Shown: positions 1 through 12,411 of the stretch, piece by piece
How positions within the stretch are numbered: position 1 is the stretch's first letter
Layout: every line of letters starts with the position of its first letter
Origin: Tricharina praecox
Lineage: Eukaryota
Direction of reading: 5' to 3'
NCBI RefSeq assembly: GCF_024521635.1
Contig: NW_026250422.1
Location: forward strand, 248,001-312,000
DNA: 64,000 nt
Program-made: the position numbers and the translations under genes
The notes under the pieces: generated by a model
What the model was told of the DNA's origin: nothing
Seen by the model: the letters and a program-made list of their open reading frames with translations, nothing else
Databases searched by the model: none

Positions 1-766
1 CCCCCCTCCCCCGTCAGGTACGATACAATACGATACACGATATACACAAGACAGAAATCGAGGCCCTCCAAGGAGTCCTCTGCTGCCCTCTACTAGCACT
101 GTACTCCACTCTACTCTCTCTTCGTAGCACAGCATACAAGTGCAGTCGGCTGTGCGAGCACTATTTATCGCTGGTGTAGTGAAAGGTGTGTGGCGCGGTG
201 AATATATATTGGTACACGGCATCAGCATCACCATTCATGTAAGTACATGCTTGGGTTGAATTCAGTTATATTTTGTTTCGGAAGAACTGCCCCCCTCTCT
301 CTTTCTCCCCCCTCACCCTCGACTACGTTATCGCCCGTCTGCCTGTCATCACACGACGTACACCCGCACAGATTCAGCACTTTACTTTGCTATGCGGATG
401 GCCTGCTAAAAAAGGATTTCGGTCGAGTAGAATAGCACGTTAAGAAGCGCCCGCCGCCAGGAGAGTCCAAGACCCATATACATCACCTGCCCCGACCCGC
501 GTCCGGGCCCCCAACTGCTTTTTTTTTTCCCTTCCCTCCGCTCCACCCAACAGACGAAACGGAAAAGAAAAGAAGGAAAAAAACCCCCCATCCCAGCTCC
601 TCAGCCCAGGAGATTCGGTTAGATTCGTTCATCTACCGCGGGATCTTGCCAACCAACCAATCCATCCATACCGCCTAGGAAGGGAAGGGAAAGGTCGGAA
701 GCCAGTAGTTTCACCCGCATATACCCATAGATATATATACGGATATCATCCCACACGCGGACCGAG

Positions 767-3006
767 ATGGCGAACTTCCTGAGGAGATCGAAAAGCACTC
801 GTGATACAAGGAGCACCTCGAGGCCCGCATTCCATAGAGACCAACATCAGGACGATCCGCTTGCGTTTCCGTTTCCGTTTCCGCTTCCGCCTAAGACTAC
901 GACTGGTTCGAAGGATACTACTACTACCGCTACTACCGCTACTACCGCTACTACTAGCACTTCCACTACAGCAGCTACAACGAGGACTCCTGCTGAGGTT
1001 CTACTCTCGCCGTCGATACTGCGCCGTTCCCCATCGGGCTTTGGAAGAAGAAAGGCTGGTACCGAACGATTATATGGTGAAGGAGGAGGAGGAGAGGAGG
1101 AAACAACATCGACTGGAACGTCGAATCTATTCCGGCTGAGCCGCAGAAAGAGCATCTCCAGCACGCGGGAATCCATGATGGCACTCGGTCTACCGGAGAC
1201 GTGGAACCCACCCTCATCCGCGAACCCAATGGAGCGGAAGAAGAGGACCTCGATATTCTTCGGACTCGCATCGCCACTTCTACCAGCGTCCTCAACGCAG
1301 CCGAAGAAGGCGCCACACTCGCACCCGCCGCAGCCGGTAAAGCTCTCCGCTTTCCCGCCGCGGCTGAGACAGCAGCAGACGTCACCACCGCCGCCTCCGG
1401 TGGAGGATGCAACTGTGGGCGTGGCTATCGGAGAGGAGAGTTATATCGGGATGGCCCTCGGGAGCCCGTCGGAGGGATTGATCGCGCAGCGGAAGGAGGC
1501 ATTCCGGAGCATGGAGGCGCTCGGGCAGGCCGGGAGCCCGGCATTCGTGCTTCCGGCCGAGGCATTCGTTGTTGCGTCGCCGTCCGTGCCACGGCCGGCA
1601 ACATCACGATCGAGGAAGGGGAGCAATGGGTCCCATGGGTCCAGCTCAAGGGAGAAGCTCGAGGAGCCACCCAAGACGGCTGGGTGGAAACGGGTGTTTG
1701 GACGTGGGTTGTTTGGCAGCAGGAAGGGCAAGTCGCAGAAAGAGCCGGTACCGGAACTTCCGGTTCATATCCCCGAACCACCGAAAACGCCGGCGTCGAA
1801 ATTGAAGAAATGGAAGTCTGCCAGGGACCCTAAGACGCCGTGCTTGGATGTAAATATCCCATGCGTCGAGATGGAGAGGTACTCGGTCATGTTTGGAAAC
1901 CTTCTCCCGCCGAGTGAGAAGTCGTCGCTGTTTGCGAGACGAAGATCGAGGGATGTGTATGGTGCCCACTCGGCGAGTGGGCAGAGTAGCAGTGATGAGC
2001 AGATTGAGGTTTGTCTCCAAACTCTGGCCCGAATATAGCCCAATACTGACCTTGCTCTAGAACCAAGATGACGCGCTGTCGAAACTTCAGGGAACATATC
2101 AGGCTCCACCCGAAGTCCCACAGATTTCCATTCAGGCCTTGAAACGTAACGCCACAACCAGTGCCATATCACCCCGGTCACCGCTCTCCCGCCTAGGCGA
2201 CGATCTCCGTCGCATCAGCCAGGAAAGCCGCCGCTCCACTTCCTCCTCCCCCTCCCTCTCCTCCTCCCCCCACCCGCACACGCTCAGTCCTCAGCCCTCG
2301 CCGCGCATGCCTTCCCCGCGCATCCCCTCCCCGCGCCTTATGCGCTCCAAAACCACCGGCAGCATACCCTCACCGCGCGCATACGCCTTCACCGTGAACG
2401 ACATGCTCTCGCCGCCGCCACCACTAACCCACACACCACTGCCCAACGAGTATCCCTTCGCCGCACACGACCAACAGGACAGCGACGAGCGCAGCACCAG
2501 CCGCTGCTCCAAAATCTCCGAGGAGTCCGTCTCCAGCATTTCCACGCCGCCCGGCAGCTACGACGAAGGCGACGACGGCGCATGGATGGCGCGCAGCGCC
2601 TGCGACGACGCCGAGCCCGCGTGGGAAATGGTCACCCGGCCCTCGACCGCCGGGCCTCCTTACCGGGACGATGGTGTGTACCCCCTCTTCCCCTCCCTTC
2701 CTTTTTTTCCCTCACCACCAAACTAATATATCGGTTGCACCAGACGAAATCTCAGTAGCAGCCCAAATCAGCATCGCGCGGCAGATCAGCCTCAGCCAGC
2801 GGCAGCTACTACTGCCGATCGTGCCGAAATCCCAGATGCTCGTCAGCAGAAGGAGCATTAAGGATCCCAGCTGCATCATGAAGCCCCGTCTCGTCGAGCA
2901 CAGGACTAGTACTGCTGCGGCGAAGCGGCCGCCGGAGAGGGCGGTTATTGAGGGCTTGAGATCGGTCGATGAGTTGGGAGAGGCGGGAAGCGTGGTGAGG
3001 ATCTGA
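767..3006 (+). CDS. Ser/Pro-rich, largely disordered fungal hypothetical protein (3 exons: 767-2008, 2061-2673, 2744-3006)
   Basis: ORFs 767-2038, 2139-2726 and 2671-3006 join in frame across GT-AG introns 2009-2060 (branch ACTGAC) and 2674-2743 (branch ACTAAT). Short ordered-looking motifs LDVNIPCVEMERYSVMFG and EISVAAQISIARQISLS sit within low-complexity sequence. Confidence 0.8.
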
Positions 3007-4852
3007 GGGGGGGGGGGGGGGGGTATTCGGCACAGACATGCGACATCTAGAACGGACGGGAGTTTTTACTTTGTTTTCACCAGTCATCTGATTTCACCTG
3101 ATTTCATTCCATTTTCTTTTGTTTTTTTGTTTGAACTTTGGAGGCTCGCGGGGGGGGGGGGGAAGGGGGGTTTCTGGACGTTTGGTTTGTCTTTTTTTGT
3201 ATTGGCGCTCACACAGGGGGATCGGGTACTGGATACCTACTACTGGATGTAGGTAGGTGGGGAGAGAACGGGGTGGATGGGATGGGATAGCACGGCACGG
3301 CACCGGGGGGAATCTTTGGAGTTTTTTGGTTCTTGGTTTCTGCGTTCTGCATATCATCTTTGCAAGATTTTTTAAGATTTTGACTTGACATTTGTTTTCC
3401 TTTGTTGGGTTTGTATATTGGCGTATGAGGGGGAAGGGAAGGAGGGAGGAGGGAGGAGGAAGGAGGGGGAGGAGGGGGAGGAGGAATGTTTGTACCTAGG
3501 TGGAAAAGGAGCCGGGCGAATACCATCATCATCTAAGCAAAAACTTCGAGTCCTGCGATCATAGTATGTACCTACCCAGGTACATACCAGTCAGTGAACT
3601 CGGTGAACTCGCAATCAAAGCCTATGCCAATCTCCCGGGCTACATAGATATCCAGCCCCTTGTAGCCAAAGGTTAGGATGGAGCCGAAGAGAATGAAAGA
3701 GAGGTGGGCGATAGGTATCTAGCGGAGTTGTTCGGCGACGAGCGGTACGGTGTGGCGAGGCAATCCTAGAGTTTCTATGCATAGGAACGACGGATGTGGG
3801 GGAGGAAAGCCCCAGCAGACCTGGAGGAGGAGGATCGGGGCAGAGCAAGAGTGCCCACTGCCCAGCAGGGTAGGTATGCATACTGTGTCTGCGCGCGGCC
3901 GGTGCGGGGAAGAAAAGGACCTAGGAAATGAGGATATGCGGTGATGTTTTCTTGGTGCGATTACTTTTGTTAGGTATTTGTTTGGCAGGCCGCAAGCAGG
4001 CAGCGGCGCCACTTCATGCTGGCTGGTAACGGCCATAGTGCGTAGGAAAGGAGTGACGGTTCGCTATAGTCAGGAATCTAGATACCGGTAGGCTGCGTGC
4101 GAAATAAACTGAAGATCTCTCTATCTCTCCCGGGCTGGATGTCCAGCGTATGTACCTAATGTATCTACCGAATGTTGAAAGTTGAATCCACCCGGTAACT
4201 CAACCCCGAAGAGACGGTAGATACGAGTGCAGCATACCGGTAATGCAAAACATCGGGACGGCCCGCCACCCACCCGTCAGCCATCCATCCACCCGTCCGT
4301 CCGCATACAAGCGTACCGGTACGGCGGTACGGCAATACTCTGCATGCACGGGATAGGGGGATACATAGGGCGCAGATTGCTGCCATCTCCGGACTCCGGA
4401 CTCCGTCGGTGGGGGGCGGTGCTTGGATTGGAATTGGATTGGATTGTATGCGGGGTGGCTGGTGGCGGGCCGATGTGCGGGATATCATGGAGGAGCTCCG
4501 TCGCTCCGCCGCTGCAATCCCGTACACCCTGCGGCCCTAGGGGTGTGCATCCATCGGTTGGAAATCTACCCACTATATACCATGAGCTCGAGACTAACGT
4601 ACGTCGAGTGAGTGAGTAAGAAACTAACAGTTCCCAACTTCCTCCTCCTCCTCGAGACAGTTCACCGGCGATATCACTCGAAACCCCATGACCACCACGC
4701 CAGGGGAGAATTAAAAAGTATACTATGGTATATTGTACATACACTGATCATATCGAGGCAAGCCACCGCTTCCGAAACGCCAGAAACCCCCAAAAGAAAC
4801 TCGTACACAATCTAGAATGCGGGATGGATGTGGGTGGAGAAGGGAGCGCGAG

Positions 4853-6137
4853 CTACTTGTCGTCATCTTCCTGCTGTTCTGCCGCCTCTTCCTCCTCCTC
4901 CTCCGCTTCCTCCGCTTCCTCAGCCTCCTCCTCGTCGTCATGAGGCGCCGGCGTACTCTCCTCGGACCTCGCCCTCGCACCAGCAACCTTCCTCCTCTTA
5001 CTCGAGCTCGGGCCAGCAGCGTCACCCGTCCTCTTCGCGGGGGCGCCTATACGGATCTTCTTCCTAAGCTGACCCGCGGCGGCCTCACCGACTTTCTGCT
5101 TTCCGGACCACGGTTTCTTACATTTCGGACAGCTCTTGCTCCGTCCGAGGGTAAAGAACTGCGTAGCGCACGGGTTATGCATGCGGACCTCGCAGTGCAG
5201 GTCGTCGCAGCGCTGGCCGATCGTCAGGATGTCGGAGCACGCTTCGCACTTCTTGATTGCGCGGCGGTGCTGGGGCGCGTCCGCGCCGGCCTCGTTGTCG
5301 GATGTAGGCTGGTGCTCGTATGTCTGTGTCAGGTACACCGATAGCTCGATCAAAGCCCGCGTCGCTAGCGTGTACCAGTTGTTGCTGCTGCTGTGAGTAT
5401 CGCATAACCCCTCTGGATAGATAGTAGGCGGGAAGGTGGGAAGGTGACCTACGAGGATTTATCCAGCCACCCGTCCTCCACGAATGTCGCCAGCGCTTCC
5501 TCCGCGCCCTTGAGCGTGAGCCCCCCGCTCTTCGCCGGCGTAGATTTCCCGGCAGGAGTGCCCTGCGTGGCCCCAGCCCCGCCCTCCGCGGCTAAGTTCT
5601 TGTTGAGGTGGATCGCGTCGTGGTGGCTGATCGCCAGCACCTCGGCGTGCAGCGTGTTGTTCGTCTCGAAGATGGCGTCCAGCAGCCGGCGGAAAAACGC
5701 AATCTCGTCGGGCGTGTGCTGTGTCGCGCCCTCGATTATCAGGTCGGGGGTGTTGTTCACCTTCGTGGGTCAGCGATCCCCCAACCACTTCCAAGTATGT
5801 ACACGGGAGGGAGGGGACAGACAAATGCGTAAATGGTACTCCGATCCGTCTGATCCCGTCCACTGCGAACCTCGAAATCGAACTGCAACAGTTTCCGATT
5901 GATTTCCTCGATCGCGCCTTTTACCATGTTGCTTGTGATACTTGTCGGGCTCACCTCCTGTCCACCTATCGCCCGTCGCCCTGTCAGCTCTTTCTTCCCC
6001 TTCCCCCGTGAATGAAAGTAAAACGTACTCTCGACGGCTTGAATCATGGCGATGGCAGCCTTCGCCTCATCGACCGTCATGACCCGGCGCGAAAGAAACG
6101 CCTGCACCAGCGCGCGGTGAAAGTCGCCGTACACCAT
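4853..6137 (-). CDS. NSE1: Smc5/6 complex non-SMC element 1 (Nse1), RING-like C-terminus, 4 exons
   Basis: N-terminus YGDFHRALVQAFLSRRVMT, middle ATQHTPDEIAFFRRLLDAIF and EEALATFVEDGWL, C-terminal CEAC...C...C..H..C...CPKC..W zinc finger. The three ORF pieces are linked by GT-AG introns. Confidence 0.92.
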
Positions 6138-6273
6138 CTGCGCTTCGCTTCGCTTTGTCGATGGATGGCAATTGTGGTGGGTATTTGTGGGTGGATGTTG
6201 CGGGGTATGGTAGTATATCTAAAATATCTATAGGCGAGGCGAGGCGAAACCACGAAGTGCGAACCGCGTTGGT

Positions 6274-6297
6274 ACGCGTAAAGTTCGCTGGACGCGT
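6274..6297. promoter_or_regulatory. Two MluI cell-cycle boxes (ACGCGT) in the NSE1/GOT1 divergent promoter
   Basis: ACGCGT at 6274-6279 and 6292-6297, about 140-160 bp upstream of the NSE1 ATG. MCB sites are typical of G1/S and DNA-maintenance genes in ascomycetes. Confidence 0.55.
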
Positions 6298-6565
6298 GAC
6301 TGCAGCCTGCGGGCCAGGAACTACCCGTGCGTGGCGTGGCCCCGGTCACAACACCTTCCCGTTTGAACATTCCGTGGCCTGCATGTGCAGCAAATCTGAT
6401 TTCGAACGCTCCCTGTGGCCCGTATCAACTGCTCCCTTTTCCTTCCTACCGTACATACCGTACTTATCGCTGCTCACGACACTCACGATTCTACACAATT
6501 GAACCCCTTTCCCGACCCTCCCCCGACGCAGCGACAGCGACAGCACTCACACTCCCACTCCCACG

Positions 6566-7086
6566 ATGTGGCTCTCAGACACGCAAAGTGTGTTCCCCAT
6601 CCATCGTACCATAGTTCCATCGTTCCATCCAGGCGCTAACCCCCACCAGAATTCGGCGCAGCCTTCCTCGGCGCGTCCCTGCTCTTCTTCATTCTGGGAC
6701 TGACACTATTCTTCGACCGGGCGTGCCTGTCTATGGCGAACCTGCTACTTTTGTGCGGAATAACGCTGTTGATGACGCCGCGGCGCACGCTGTCCTTCTT
6801 CGTGCGGAAGGAGAAGTACCAGGGCAGCGCGTTCTTCTTCCTTGGCATCGCCGCGATCTTGATGCGTTGGACTATCACCGGCTTCGTGCTCGAGCTCTAC
6901 GGTATCTTTAAACTGTTTGCGGACTTCTTTGGCGTCATTGTGGGCTTTGTCGCTGCCGTCCCCGTTGTCGGGCCGTATCTCGAGGGCCCGTTGAGGAGGG
7001 TTACAGGTGAGTGAGCTGTGAGGGTGTGTTAAGAGAGCAGGAGCTGATGGAAAGGTGTAGGCGCGGCGCAGCAGTTGCCCGTGTAA
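6566..7086 (+). CDS. GOT1: Got1/Sft2-family Golgi transport membrane protein (exons 6566-6587, 6650-7006, 7061-7086)
   Basis: Spliced product MWLSDTQKFGAAF...LFFDRACLSMANLL...GFVLELYGIFKLFADFF...GAAQQLPV*. Four hydrophobic segments, and both introns are canonical. Confidence 0.92.
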
Positions 7087-7691
7087 ACTGTGCGGGTGTA
7101 GGGGTGTATCATAGATTTCTTTCGGATCTGGATGGTGAGGAATGGGGGATATGGACGCGGCGGGATAGTGTACGGATACATACCAACGGCGTACGCTGGG
7201 ACGGGATATACGACGATAATGTTTAATAAACGCAATAGAATACAAACTTACTTGAGCACTTCCTTCCACGGACAGTTCGATATGGCAGCGGAGGAGGCAG
7301 GCGGGTAAGGCTGGAGCGGGTATCTTAACTGTGACGGTGCACATTAGGCAAGCATGACTGGAGATGGAGCCCTTCACGGAAGTATCTACCCACGAGGTGG
7401 CCGACTCGCTCATCTATTGATCACCGCATTCCGCAACACGACACAAAGACAAGGAAAGGAAAGAAAGAAGAAAACCGCAGCTAGGTTATCATCCAACGGC
7501 TATCCATCGATATCGACACCCCCGCTACGACTACCACTACCACTGCCCTTCTCGCCCCTCCCTCCAAACGAAAAAGAACGAAACTACAAGGCTACTTATT
7601 GAGGTCGGACGGGGTGGGTGCGGGCATGTGTGAGATTCAAGGAAAGAAGAAGGAAGGGTATGGCGGAACAAGCGGCCGGATGGAGAGCCGT

Positions 7692-8421
7692 CTAGTACCC
7701 AACACCGATCAGGTAGTCCGCCAGAGCCTCGACGATCTTTGTCGCCTCACCGGCCTGGACGTTCTCGGGGTAGTGGGCGATGAGCACCGCCTGTTTCGTC
7801 TTGACACAGATGATACCCTCTTTGTTCTATCACCGCCCATCGTCAGCTGTGTCCTGCGTGAATGGAAGGAAGGAGAAGGCCGAACCCTCTTTGCGTAGAT
7901 GCTCCGGTCCTCGATGTTTCGGAGGAAGACGTATTTCTCTCCCTGCGCGTGAAGTCCGTTCGCCTGGAGACCACTGGGGTCTACGAAGCCGTTGACCACC
8001 TTCTTGACCTCCTCCGGTAACAGCTATTCCCCCACGCCGCCGTCAGTCCAAAGCTCGCCCGCTCGATGATAGATGTGGTGGTGGTAGCCATACAGTGAAT
8101 CCAGCGGAAGCAGCCCATACACTGTCGCCGGCAGCGCTGAAGATAGCCGCCTTATCAATTTTGCCGGAGCCGAGAAGACTGCAATAGTCAGTCATCCAGT
8201 TCCCTTCCCTTGTCGACTCAACCCGGTCGGGCTCCGCAGCGTGGGCTTTCGTTTCCATCGCTCCGTCCCTCACCGTGCGGCGGGGTGGTTGACATACCTC
8301 GAATCAACGTATGCTGTGGGCGGGGGCGGGGATCATCAGCTTCCGTTTCGTACGACACGATAGGGGGGAGACGGTTCTGTTCCAGAGGGAGGGAAAGCTC
8401 TGTCTTACCTTGCCACGACAT
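7692..8421 (-). CDS. PFY1: Profilin (multi-exon)
   Basis: Spliced [32 protein letters not shown]...[13 protein letters not shown]...RSIYAK...DYLIGVGY*. Confidence 0.95.
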
Positions 8422-10696
8422 TTTGGATTAAGTGTGTATGTGTGATGGGAAACACGAAAGGATTTGGAGATGTGGTTGCGAGTGGGTGGTTGCGGGTGGT
8501 GGAGATGGAAGTGGTGATGATGATGATGATGATGATGGGAGGGGGAAGGGAAAGGCGATGTGGAATTTTGGAGGGGTCGTTTGGGTGATATGCGGGATAT
8601 CGGGACGAGCCTAACGAGTTGGGAAATCACAACACACTTGCTTGCTCGCTGCTTTGCACAGACCAACAATAACAACACCAATAACAACACAGCAGCTGCT
8701 GCTCAGAGCATGCATAACTACACCGAGACCTCGCATGCATTGAAGCTTAAGATTCTCTGGCGGCTTGACACACCTCCAACCACTGCTCTCTACTCTGACA
8801 TCGCGGACCGAAGCCTGGAGACGTGAAGAAAAAAGAGATGCATCTATGACCCAACTACCTACCGTACCTAGTCCATCACGCTGCGCTGTGTTCACCCGCG
8901 CTTTAACCGACCCAGTCCCGCTGTGACATCCCGCTCTCGACTTAAACTTCCAAGATACACCCCCAACCATGAGATGGGACAGGAGAGAGAGAAAGAAGGA
9001 GAGTCTCAGGAGCTATGCAGCTCAGTCTTGTCCCCAAGCATCATGCGAGTCTCGGTCCTCGTGACGAATGAGGGTAGACGCTGACAACTCGTCGGGATCG
9101 AATCGCATGTTTGCGGCTAGTCTTTGCAGATACTCTAAGGGTACAGCTACCCTAGCTGCAGCGCCGAGGAGTTACAAAGCTCAAGCTCCATTCCTTTCGC
9201 GAACGGAACCAAAGGTTGGAACAAAAAGACAGCACCTCGAGTCCCACGCAGCTTGGAAGTAACTGCAACCGTCCAGCGAGTGTCCACGTGGGATACAATA
9301 CCTACCGACTGTGGAGTGAAGACCCGGGAAACTTTCGCTGTGGCGACAGTTACATAACATACCTACCATCCGGGGGACGACAACATTTCTAGCATCCAGT
9401 CATGTCTCGGCGGATTCAGATCTCGTTCATCGTGCATTCGAAGAATTCCTGCAGCTTCGTTACATACTCTACTATACATACATACAGCTGCATTCCCCCA
9501 TCCTCCAGAGGCTAGACAGGTTTGAGATTCACGGTCCTTCTTGACGCAGTCTTGGAGAAAAAATCCGGCTGACGGTTAGTTATAGTTTACCAAATAGCTA
9601 CTTATGTACGGTTCTGGAGTCGGAGTCGGGATGGATGCTGAAAACTCAATATCTACAAGACCCCATCTCGCGTCAACTACCTGGCGGAAGCTTGGGAAGC
9701 TTCAGGAAAGTTGACGGAATCGAGTGCTGGTTTGTGGCCAATGGACCAGCCCCGCTTCTGTCGGACGCAGCTTTGCTCTCGAGTCTCGGGCACCGAGGCG
9801 GCTTCTGACGTCTGGACTCTGAACTCTGGATTCCAAGGGGGTGGAGTACGGGTTGTTTACCCAGCGTCTACCGGTATGGGCTGCTCAGTTAAGTACTCGT
9901 GGTGATAGCTTCGTCACATGCTGGGTACCTGGGTAGGTAGATACTCTACTCAGCGATCGGCGGCAGCGGCGGGCACGAGGGGTCCCCAAGTTCATGAATG
10001 GGAGGTTGGAGGTGTCATTAGAAATGCAAAATGCCGAGTGAGCACTGAGTGCAAGAGCTCGGGTTGTCAATCCTGACGTTGAGATGCGCATGTACGAATG
10101 GCTCCCGGAGTGACTGCCTATTCTTCCTCCATCTCGACTCCCGACTCTTGAGGTACCTACCCTACCTCCTCATCTCACCCATCACCAGTAATCACCCCGT
10201 CCACTCATGTCACCATTTGTATCTTCACCACATCTCACGCACCGGCAAATGCTCACATGCCATGCCATGCCGTTCCTGCCGGCCGGCTGAGAAAAACCTC
10301 ATGCACCTACTCTAGTTCCCGCGTGCATCCGCCATCCATCCGCCATCCATCCATCATTGTCGTCGTAACCATCTGCAGTGTGCACCCTTCACGCCAACAA
10401 TGGCGACACCTGCGTATGTAAAAACAGACGAAATATCTCATTTACTTCTCTCTCTTAAAACATAACAATGCTATATGCTACAAAAAAAAACACCAAAGCT
10501 CCCGAGAAAGAAAAAGAGTCACGAAAAAAAAACGGTGAATCACACCACGTCACATCCCGACATACCACAAATTAATATCCGTTCAGTCTACACCCCACCC
10601 ACCCCTCACCCTCCTATCGATCCCGCCAGTTCCATGATGCATTTGAAGATGAAGAAAGAAAAAAAAAGGTCACAAACAAGACTTCACATTAGCTGA

Positions 10697-11619
10697 TTAC
10701 AGTCGGAATCCGGCCAAGAACCACGTGAACGATGCCACGGCGAGGAAGCCCATGCCGATTGACATCTTAAGGGCGTAGGCATTCAGTCTACTAGCGTCGT
10801 TGGGATCGCAAGTCGGGCAGACAAAGTCTGCGGCATTGGTGGTTAGTTATGTATGGCAATGGTGGGGTATAGGTGGGTGAGTGAGTGGGTGAATGGGGTA
10901 CCTTTGAGAGCAACGGCTGCCTTGGGCGAGTACATTCCGAATTGGTAACCTTGGAAAGTCGTGAGGTATCCAGCCGTGGGCGCGGCGGTTTTGGCCTTTG
11001 AGGCGTCGAAAATGTTGAGCGTGTACGTCGCGCTGTGTCATCCCGTCAGTCTCGTGCTCTCGTGATGGAGGGGAAGGGGGACCTACAGCAGCAGCTTAAC
11101 AGTAGCAGTGCTCTGGTACTCGCCGGTATCCCAGAGGACCTTCGTCTGCCCCGCGCTGACATTCCCGGTGATGGTGAAATCGTGCTGATTGTCCTGGCAG
11201 TACGCGACGACGTTGATAGCTGTGGGCGTGACCATGACATCGGTGTAGTTCCAGGCGAACGTGATTGTCTCGCCGATCTTGTAGATCTGGTATCCGTCAT
11301 ACACACCGGGCGTAACCATCGACACTCGCCCGACTTGTGCCGTCGCGGGGATCGACACTTTTTTCGTCGAGGTGGCCTTCTTGGACGACCCGGAGCCGGA
11401 CCCTTTGGCCGTCGTGCCGGATTCCGAGGCAGCATCGGGGTCGGCCGCTTCGGACCCGCGCACACCGGTGCCGCTGCCGGCTGTGGGACGCCCCGTCGCG
11501 GATGAGGCTTGTCGTGGGAGAACGTGGGCGGGCACGGGGGTTGGTGTTGGTTCTGGCGACGAGGCGACGAGGGTTGACAGCGCGAGAGCTATCGCGACTA
11601 GAAATTTGGTGCTCCTCAT
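10697..11619 (-). CDS. Conserved fungal secreted/membrane protein with signal peptide, S/T linker, beta-rich domain and C-terminal hydrophobic segment (3 exons)
   Basis: Signal peptide MRSTKFLVAIALALSTLVAS, then YKIGETITFAWNYT and VLWDT. After the intron: ATYTLNIFD...AGYL...FGMYSP. Last exon FVCPTC...MGFLAVASFTWFLAGFRL*. Confidence 0.85.
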
Positions 11620-12411
11620 TGTGATTGTAGATGTGTGGTTGGTTGGCTGGTGTTTTGTTTGTTGATATGGAGGGAGAAGGAGGTGGAGGGTGGAGTGAAC
11701 GATTAAGGGTCAGTTGCAGTGGTTGCAATTCCTTAAGACCCTTGGGCCTTTCGTTCCCGTGTAGATCCGGGCCTGCGTCGAAAAACAAACACCCCCCTGA
11801 CAAGAGTGAACGAGCGCGTGTACGAGATCGAGAGACGGACGGGCCGCGGACGCGCGAGTGAGTCGGTATGATAATCAAATGTCGGGCGTACTGGTATAAA
11901 GATGGCGATGGTTAGGACCGTTTGATTGTTTTCGTTGTTTGTGAAGAGACGAGATCTTGAGCTGCAAGCGGACAGAGAAAGGAAGAAACAGAACTGGCCG
12001 GGATCATCGCTCTCCTGATAGGGGGTGGTCATGTAGGACCAAGACGGATGGCTATTTTTGGCAACACGCGAAAATCATCATAACAATTGCAACCACCAGT
12101 GTAAACATTAACATTACGCACGGTGAGTGGCTACCTGCACATGAAGTACTCTATTTATCCATCTACAAGCAACAGCCATCTATGTATGTATTTCCGTCAA
12201 CAGATCGGACAAAGTACCTAACATCTACATCTATCTACACCTTCGCCACTCCTCCCTCTACGTATGATAACGCCTAGAAAATGCTCAGAAATGCCGAAAG
12301 AAAAGAAACCCGAATGAACAATGAAAAAACGCCATCCCTTGCCGCTATGAGATTTGGGGGGGGGAAGTAAATTCGTAAAGAAAAAGAAAGAAAAAGAAAA
12401 AAAAGAAGAAT

